From the sequence record LC597490.1: a stretch of DNA of 64,000 nt; one strand, written 5' to 3'. Positions within the stretch are counted from its first letter, which is position 1; each line of letters starts with the position of its first letter. The notes under the pieces are model-generated. The model had not been told where the DNA came from. It searched no databases and worked only from the letters and a program-made list of their open reading frames with translations. Positions 58,141-64,000 of this stretch are shown here, piece after piece. A program made the position numbers and the translations under genes.

Positions 58141-59370
58141 TTAGCGTTGTAATAAGATACGAACTGCACCGACAGAACCAGCGTAATCCCACTCAGTTGG
58201 AACACCAGCGATTGGGTCTACTACTAAGTCAGCGTCGATTGTTAATTCAGCAGCAGCTAAGTTTGGTTCTAGGTAAGCAACAACAGTGTTGTTCTTGATG
58301 TCAACATGTACATCTTCAGAAGCAAGAGCTTTTCCGCCTAATTTAACTACGATACTATTAAGTTCAGCTTTATCGAATTTGTGACGAAGCTTGATGAATA
58401 CTGCTAAGTTACGAACATCTTTAGCTGTTGCAACTGTTTTACCAGCGATTGTTACGCCGTCAGTAGCATGGATGTGTTCGATGTGACCATCGTTGTTTGA
58501 AGTTTTATCAAAGATGTCGTCAAGCTTAATGTCAGCTACACGTTGTTTAGCAGCGAAGTAACCGTCAGTTAAGAATGGGATACCTTTATTGATTGTTGGG
58601 TTTAATAATTTTTCGAAGTCATTCTTCCAACCATGTAGTTGGTGAGGAGCACCGAATGGGTAAGCAGCGGCAGAACCGTCTGGGTTAAAGCCTGGAGATG
58701 GAACAGTAGAAAGACCTTTTAGGTAAGCTTCAAGCTCAGGAATTTCCATATCCATGTAGTATTGTAGGAAGCCAGCTGGTGGTAATTCACGTTCAGCAGC
58801 TAATACTTGACCGATGATTTCAAATGGAGAAGCATCTGGTTTAGAAGCGTCTAACTTAACGAAGTTACCGTCTTTACCAACTTTTACGAAGTCGCCTGGT
58901 TGTAAAGCATCAGCTTTAGCAGAGTAAGCAGCACCGTATTTCATTGCAGATGCAAATTGTGAAGCTGTGTCAATTGTTTCATGTTCGAATAATGGTACTT
59001 CGATGTAGTTACGAGTTAATACTGTAGGTTGCATTCCTGTGAAGCGATCACGGTAGCGTTTGTATTGGTTGTTTTGAATAACACCAATTGCTTTACGAGA
59101 ACCTTCTGTAGCTTGTTTAAGAGCTGTGCGGTAACGACCATGTTCTGTGTCATACTCAGCAGGAGCTGCTTCTACGATTTTACCTTTTGCTAAAACTACT
59201 TCTTGGTTTCCTTCAGGACCGAATGGGTAAACGAATTTCACCTTACTGTTTTCTTCTTTAGAAACAATCCATTCTTCAGCTGGTGCGTTTCCTTCAGAAA
59301 CTACTAAGTTCGTATGTGATTTACCACCGAACGTGTAACCATTTACTTGAGAGTTTGGAAATAATGCCAT
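58141..59370 (-). CDS. Capsid decoration / cement protein (409 aa)
   Basis: Lies between the protease and the MCP; VVLAKGKIV...AIGVI...LQPGDFVKVGKDGNFVKL...IIGQV beta-tulip-like pattern; highly expressed codon choice. Confidence 0.7.
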   Translation of the reverse strand: MALFPNSQVNGYTFGGKSHTNLVVSEGNAPAEEWIVSKEENSKVKFVYPFGPEGNQEVVLAKGKIVEAAPAEYDTEHGRYRTALKQATEGSRKAIGVIQNNQYKRYRDRFTGMQPTVLTRNYIEVPLFEHETIDTASQFASAMKYGAAYSAKADALQPGDFVKVGKDGNFVKLDASKPDASPFEIIGQVLAAERELPPAGFLQYYMDMEIPELEAYLKGLSTVPSPGFNPDGSAAAYPFGAPHQLHGWKNDFEKLLNPTINKGIPFLTDGYFAAKQRVADIKLDDIFDKTSNNDGHIEHIHATDGVTIAGKTVATAKDVRNLAVFIKLRHKFDKAELNSIVVKLGGKALASEDVHVDIKNNTVVAYLEPNLAAAELTIDADLVVDPIAGVPTEWDYAGSVGAVRILLQR

Positions 59371-59391
59371 TTCTAGTTATCCTCCTTTGGA

Positions 59392-60036
59392 TTACTTTTT
59401 CATTTTTTGGATATTGCCACCGAATAAAGTTTTTAGTGCATTCTCAGGAGTAATACCTTCTGCAACTTGTTTCGCACCTGGGTCATTAGGATCAGCGCTA
59501 GAGCCTGGGTTCTGAACACCTTCTACTACTCTAGTAGCGGCTGGTGTAACTACATTAGTAGGAACTACTACAGATTCTTTTGCTAAGTCAGCTAATGTGT
59601 CTTTTAAAGATTCCATTGTACGACCTTTATATGAGTCGATAGCTTCTTCACGAGATGATTCTTTTCCTAATAAGACACGCATGTCTACTACACGTTCAAC
59701 TACTTGTGTATGTAGCTCTTGTCCTAAGGATTCTTGTTGAGCCGTTAACTCTTCTTTAGCAGCGTTAGCTTCAGTAAGAGCTTCTTCAGCTTGAGTCTTA
59801 GCTTCTTCTAACTGAGTTTTCTCAGCTTCTAAAGTAGACTTCTCTTCTACTAGAGTAGCTTTCTCTGTTTCTAGAGTAGCGTTAGCTTCTTCTAGAGCAG
59901 TTACTTTTTCAGTAGCTTCTGTTACTGATGCTTCTAGTTCAGTTACTTTATTTTCTAATTCTTGTTTTTGCGTGTTAGCTTCAGCAAGGTTAGTATTTAA
60001 TTCTTCAACCTTGGCTTTTAATTCTTCAATTGTCAT
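59392..60036 (-). CDS. Nested in-frame scaffolding protein (214 aa)
   Basis: GGGAGGAG 8 nt upstream of in-frame ATG 60036 (MTIEELKAKVEEL...), exactly where the coiled coil starts. Confidence 0.8.
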   Translation of the reverse strand: MTIEELKAKVEELNTNLAEANTQKQELENKVTELEASVTEATEKVTALEEANATLETEKATLVEEKSTLEAEKTQLEEAKTQAEEALTEANAAKEELTAQQESLGQELHTQVVERVVDMRVLLGKESSREEAIDSYKGRTMESLKDTLADLAKESVVVPTNVVTPAATRVVEGVQNPGSSADPNDPGAKQVAEGITPENALKTLFGGNIQKMKK

Positions 60037-60813
60037 GCCCTTAACTCCTCCCGTTTTTTCAATGATAAGGCCTTTTTCTTTTGCTTCCGCTTCAGAAACT
60101 TGCCAAGACTCTTGAGGTCTTGATAGGTCGATAAGCTGACGTTCGCTTCCCATAAATGCTTCTGCTGTTGAGATAGTTTGACCTGCCTCAATAATCATTG
60201 CATCTTGGTCTGCTGGGACGTTAACCCAAGATAACTCATCGAAGTAGACGTTTCCGACAATCCACTCAGTTGTAATACCATCATGAACTTCGCCTTTCCA
60301 GTGACCACAGAAACCTTCATTGATAATGTCTGTACCACAAACGCTACAAGTACAAGCATCGGTAGAAGCACCGATAGATACTGTTAGTAAGCGTCCGCCT
60401 AAGATATCATCAATTGCTTTTTCATGCGTAATCTTTGGAGTAACGATTAAGCCTGGGCGACCTGATGCAGTAAACTCACTGAATACTGCGCTTTGTACAC
60501 GACCAGTAACTTCTGTCTCATGGTCATGGTTGAAGATAACAGGTTTCGCATATGGCTTTGTCCAAGAGTAAAGACCACTCTTTAACTCTTCATGACCACG
60601 AAGCTTTTCAGCAGGGTAACGAGTGTAGTTTCGAGTAGAACCAGCGTGGATTGCTTCAATACGTGGAAGTAAGTAGCGCATACCATTTTCGGAAGTAGAC
60701 TCTTGAAGAGCTGTACGATTACCATTTAGGATATTGGCTTTAATAGTTGTAGACTCTGATAACTTAGCAGGGTCAACGTCTAAGCCTTTCCATTTGATAA
60801 TATTCAATATCAT
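59392..60813 (-). CDS. Prohead protease with a C-terminal scaffold coiled coil (start may be TTG 60807)
   Basis: AIHAGSTRN...YP...PVIFNHD...GRV...TVSIGA...CSVCG...C.H...FDELSWVNVPAD; heptad-rich Glu/Ala/Lys tail. Confidence 0.9.
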   Translation of the reverse strand: MILNIIKWKGLDVDPAKLSESTTIKANILNGNRTALQESTSENGMRYLLPRIEAIHAGSTRNYTRYPAEKLRGHEELKSGLYSWTKPYAKPVIFNHDHETEVTGRVQSAVFSEFTASGRPGLIVTPKITHEKAIDDILGGRLLTVSIGASTDACTCSVCGTDIINEGFCGHWKGEVHDGITTEWIVGNVYFDELSWVNVPADQDAMIIEAGQTISTAEAFMGSERQLIDLSRPQESWQVSEAEAKEKGLIIEKTGGVKGMTIEELKAKVEELNTNLAEANTQKQELENKVTELEASVTEATEKVTALEEANATLETEKATLVEEKSTLEAEKTQLEEAKTQAEEALTEANAAKEELTAQQESLGQELHTQVVERVVDMRVLLGKESSREEAIDSYKGRTMESLKDTLADLAKESVVVPTNVVTPAATRVVEGVQNPGSSADPNDPGAKQVAEGITPENALKTLFGGNIQKMKK

Positions 60814-60828
60814 CCACCTCCTGACTCA

Positions 60829-62877
60829 TTAAAGTACTCCGACCAAGCATTCACAGTTTGGGTGATGTGGTGGAATCTGATGAAGGACATCGTGTAAACT
60901 TCCTTCTAATGAAATCTTTGTTTGCTTACATTTATTACAATCACTTTGTGAGAAGATTACTGCATCTTTCACACCTGTCTCTTTTAAAGAAACTGCAATG
61001 CCAAAGTTGTAAGCACGATACCATTCAGTTTTAACGATGGTTTTGATACGATAACGATTTGCATAGAAAGCGCCTATAAGTGAGGAAATTTGTTCAGCAC
61101 CATAATCTTCTTCGAAGTGTCGGTCTAACATCTTAGACAAGTCATCTACGAATCTAGTCATGGACTTTTCAAATTGAGGATTTAGCATGGAAGCCATCTG
61201 TAACTGGAGATTAGCTGAGGAAGAAGACGCTTTATACGCAAGACCTTTTGAGATTGCACGTTCCATGTGGAGACGATGTTTTCTATTAAAGAGTGTTTTA
61301 GCTTGGTTGAGAACAAAACCTTCGATTTGATCTTTGGTTTTCTTTGCTTCTACCATTGCCAACACATCATCTTGTATGGAAATATAAATGGCTTCCATCT
61401 CTTCCTGATAGTTAGTAATGTCTAACTCAGGATTAAAAGTAACCATTTGTGCATTCTCCGTCAATAGGTTTTTATCATTTTCTTCATTTTCTTGTAAATT
61501 TTCCTTCTTTGCCTTGCCTGGAGAGTCCTGTTTTCCATGTTGATTCTCTGGTTGGTCTTTATTATCACCTGCATTTGCGGCTGCATCATTAGCTGTTGCA
61601 ACGGCAAACATGTTAGCATTTAATCGAGATTCATCGGCAACTGGGTCTAATCCCATCATCACACGCATTTCCTCGTGCGTAATAACGTTTTGAGAGAACA
61701 ACTGAACAATATGATTCTCTTTCTTCGTTTTCGCATCTAATTCAATTTCATGGAATGTAAATAAAATTTCATCATCTACATTCAGAACTGGGTCATAACC
61801 GCCCTCAAATAATAATTCATTTATAATTTCATACTGAATTACTTCAGCCATTATACGTTGGAACTCTTTTACTCCATCATTTAAATCAGCGGACATGTTA
61901 TCTGAAGTTGCTTTATTCGCTGTGTCACCAATGCCCATTACTGAATCAGATACACCTAGACCAGAAAATACACGTTGTCTATAGTACTTCAAGTATGGAG
62001 ATGCATCTAAAGCATTACCTTGTGAACCTAGTACACTAATGTTGTGTCTCTCTGGTACTACGATACCGCCGTCCATCGGCATGGAATTAATTTCCTCACG
62101 GATGTTTTCAATCTCTGTATCATCAGCTTCCCAACCTGGTTTATCTAAACCTACTTGATAGATATATAGAGGGAATAAGTTACGGTGAACTAAACGAGCT
62201 ACGTTCTCTTCAATTTGACGAAGCATCTTAACATCGTCTAATACGTTGAAGATAAGAGGAACACCATATGCACGTCCTGTTGGTTTATTATATGCAAAGT
62301 GAATCACATCTTCTGGCTTGAATGTAATACCGTCTCCACCAGTAGTAGATTGTTCATAACCTACAATCTTACCTTGCTCATCACGAGATACTTTAATTGT
62401 TGTTGGAGGTAAAATGAAATAACCAGCTACAGGTTGTTTAGCCGTATAACCTACAGCCTTCACACCAGTTGCTCCGCCCATTGAACCTTTTTGTCTTGCC
62501 TTAACTACGTAAGCATTACCAAATAAAATTAAGTCGTAACCGATTTGATTGAATAAACGCTCTAACGGTTGTTGTGTTGCTTCTTCCATTAGCTTTAAAC
62601 GAGTCCATACATATTCACTAGCTGCTTCATTCTTACCAGAGATATCCCATCCTTGTTTAAACATTAAACTATTATATTTGTTTATAGCACGTTTAATATA
62701 AGAATCGGTTTGGTAAGCACGAAAGATTTCTTCTAAATCGACTGGGTTATCTTCAAAGTCAGAACCACCAGCACCTTTAATAGCTTGACCTACTTTTTTT
62801 ACTGCGACCTTTTTGGGGTCACGAGGAGTCGCCTCCTTTGTTTTAAAGAAACGACTCATTGTTGACCACAACTTCAT
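60829..62877 (-). CDS. Portal protein fused to a C-terminal MuF-like head-morphogenesis domain
   Basis: Portal: LILFGNAYVVKAR...FKPEDVIHF...GRAYGVPLI. After a low-complexity linker: IKTIVKTEWYRAYNFG...C..C...IPPHHPNCEC. Confidence 0.88.
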   Translation of the reverse strand: MKLWSTMSRFFKTKEATPRDPKKVAVKKVGQAIKGAGGSDFEDNPVDLEEIFRAYQTDSYIKRAINKYNSLMFKQGWDISGKNEAASEYVWTRLKLMEEATQQPLERLFNQIGYDLILFGNAYVVKARQKGSMGGATGVKAVGYTAKQPVAGYFILPPTTIKVSRDEQGKIVGYEQSTTGGDGITFKPEDVIHFAYNKPTGRAYGVPLIFNVLDDVKMLRQIEENVARLVHRNLFPLYIYQVGLDKPGWEADDTEIENIREEINSMPMDGGIVVPERHNISVLGSQGNALDASPYLKYYRQRVFSGLGVSDSVMGIGDTANKATSDNMSADLNDGVKEFQRIMAEVIQYEIINELLFEGGYDPVLNVDDEILFTFHEIELDAKTKKENHIVQLFSQNVITHEEMRVMMGLDPVADESRLNANMFAVATANDAAANAGDNKDQPENQHGKQDSPGKAKKENLQENEENDKNLLTENAQMVTFNPELDITNYQEEMEAIYISIQDDVLAMVEAKKTKDQIEGFVLNQAKTLFNRKHRLHMERAISKGLAYKASSSSANLQLQMASMLNPQFEKSMTRFVDDLSKMLDRHFEEDYGAEQISSLIGAFYANRYRIKTIVKTEWYRAYNFGIAVSLKETGVKDAVIFSQSDCNKCKQTKISLEGSLHDVLHQIPPHHPNCECLVGVL

Positions 62878-62895
62878 AGATGTTTACCTCCCTTC

Positions 62896-63771
62896 TTAGA
62901 TAATTACACGGATTTCTTTTTCTTGAGATGATAGTTGTACATATACTGCACCTGTTGAACTTGGAGGTAATACCTTTTCTTCTGAGTATCCACCGAAGTA
63001 AGATAAGAAGCTACCGCCTACTACATACGTACGTTGATGACGGACTAACTTATCTTCATCATCTTCGATTAACCATACTTCATCACGATGCCATTGCTTA
63101 CCATGTGTATGACCTCTTACGTACAAGTCTGCTAATGGTACAACCTTGTTTAGTTTTTCTGCACTATTTGCTTTAGCACCAGTTGTAGAACCACCGCCTA
63201 CACCATGATGGAAAGCTACTTTGTAAATGATCTCTCCTACTTTTAATCGGAAGTATCCTTGATATCCGAAATACGGAACTCCTAAACGGTCCGCTAAAAT
63301 CTGCATAGGATTCATACCAATCATGTGAGCTACACGTTGCTCATGATTACCTGGCCCCATTCCCAGGATTTTACCTGCTTCAGCAAGTGGACTTAACATT
63401 TCATATAGTGTTTCTAATTGCTCAGGAATGTTTTTATCTTCTTCGAACATTGCCATACCAACTGATGTTTTGGTAGCAATCTCTGCTAAGTCACCGTTAA
63501 GGATTGTTACACAGTTAGGAATCTCCATAATTAAATCTAAGAACTCCTGGAAGTGTACGATGTTTGCTTGTCGGTTTCCTAGATGCACATCTGTAATAGG
63601 AATAATCACCAATCCATCTTTTTCAAATAATTCCCCCACGAACTCATAAGATAAAATACGTTTTCCATCTTCTCGCTTATTACGTTGGATGCGATAGAAT
63701 TTTTCGATTGGAGATTCTTCTCCTAATTGACTTCGTAATGCTTCTGCTCTACTTTTGTAGTCCTCCATCAT
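62896..63771 (-). CDS. Calcineurin-like metallophosphoesterase
   Basis: TDVHLG, NGDLAE, GNHE, FHHG and GHTH: all five motifs present. Confidence 0.9.
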   Translation of the reverse strand: MMEDYKSRAEALRSQLGEESPIEKFYRIQRNKREDGKRILSYEFVGELFEKDGLVIIPITDVHLGNRQANIVHFQEFLDLIMEIPNCVTILNGDLAEIATKTSVGMAMFEEDKNIPEQLETLYEMLSPLAEAGKILGMGPGNHEQRVAHMIGMNPMQILADRLGVPYFGYQGYFRLKVGEIIYKVAFHHGVGGGSTTGAKANSAEKLNKVVPLADLYVRGHTHGKQWHRDEVWLIEDDEDKLVRHQRTYVVGGSFLSYFGGYSEEKVLPPSSTGAVYVQLSSQEKEIRVII

Positions 63772-64000
63772 TATTCCCCTCTCTTCTCAGTAGCTGATGC
63801 AACCGCATCAATCCATTCATCTCTATGGTCTTCTTTTACAGGATTCTGTTCCAATGCTCCTGACATGTTCTCAACGATAGTATATAGGCGACGCACACTT
63901 TCTTTATCCGTCACAGCTCGCATATGTCTATGTCGATAATTAGCTTCATAATCCGTCATCTTAAAATAATCCATGGACTGTTGTTGATAAGCTTCCTCCA
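63771..64000 (-). CDS. Hypothetical protein; the frame stays open to the window edge, so the start is at 63974 or beyond 64000
   Basis: In-frame EEAYQQQS precedes the Met at 63974 with no stop; its stop overlaps the next gene's start. Confidence 0.55.
   Translation of the reverse strand, partial: EEAYQQQSMDYFKMTDYEANYRHRHMRAVTDKESVRRLYTIVENMSGALEQNPVKEDHRDEWIDAVASATEKRGE

Noticed and set aside
12404-59392. tRNA, riboswitch, CRISPR array or att site in intergenic gaps
   Set aside because: All gaps are under about 100 nt and are explained by RBSs and hairpins. No cloverleaf, spaced direct repeats or integrase were seen.
283-63649. The many plus-strand ORFs of 60-137 aa and the short alternative-frame minus-strand ORFs in the track
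   Set aside because: They lie within or antisense to long, well-supported minus-strand genes, lack RBSs, and have Ser/Leu/Ile-rich shadow composition.
63960-64000. Terminase large-subunit C-terminus at the right edge
   Set aside because: Expected from gene order, but only 40 nt are available. One frame ends GGSLSTTVHGLF-stop and another is open, and neither shows a terminase motif.

Overview
The window is the virion-morphogenesis region of a large contractile-tailed phage (myovirus) or plasmid-prophage of a low-GC Firmicute. GC is about 37-38% by spot count, and the RBSs are strong GGAGG. The lineage is probably the Bacillus cereus-group 0305phi8-36/pBtic235 type; that is inferred from gene order and was not checked against a database. 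Every credible gene is on the minus strand. Reading from high to low coordinate: metallophosphoesterase; portal fused to a MuF-like domain; prohead protease with a nested scaffold start; decoration protein; major capsid protein; two small paralogues; SdrD-B/Ig protein; Ig-bearing adaptor; head closure; two sheath paralogues; tail terminator; three tube paralogues; two tail-assembly chaperones; three giant proteins (2025, 2515 and 2320 aa); two paralogous wall hydrolases; spike, wedge and baseplate genes; lectin, LysM and FN3 proteins; and a fibre of at least 1700 aa that runs off the left edge and is missing from the ORF track. The main discovery is the 2515-aa protein at 32592-40139, which sits in the tape-measure position. 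It carries both barrels of a two-barrel RNA polymerase (TFEG, GRK-x7-R and KGMH beta-like motifs; NRYPT and ADHDGD beta-prime-like motifs). It also has an intact-looking N-terminal DEDDh 3'-5' exonuclease and a C-terminal hydrophobic helix. Its two giant neighbours carry thermonuclease-fold domains and membrane-like helices, which suggests a tail-delivered transcription and nuclease package. An N4 Gp49/Sf6 gp66-family gene, a candidate anti-CBASS sponge, is embedded among the baseplate genes. All domain calls come from motifs recognised by eye; no searches were run.
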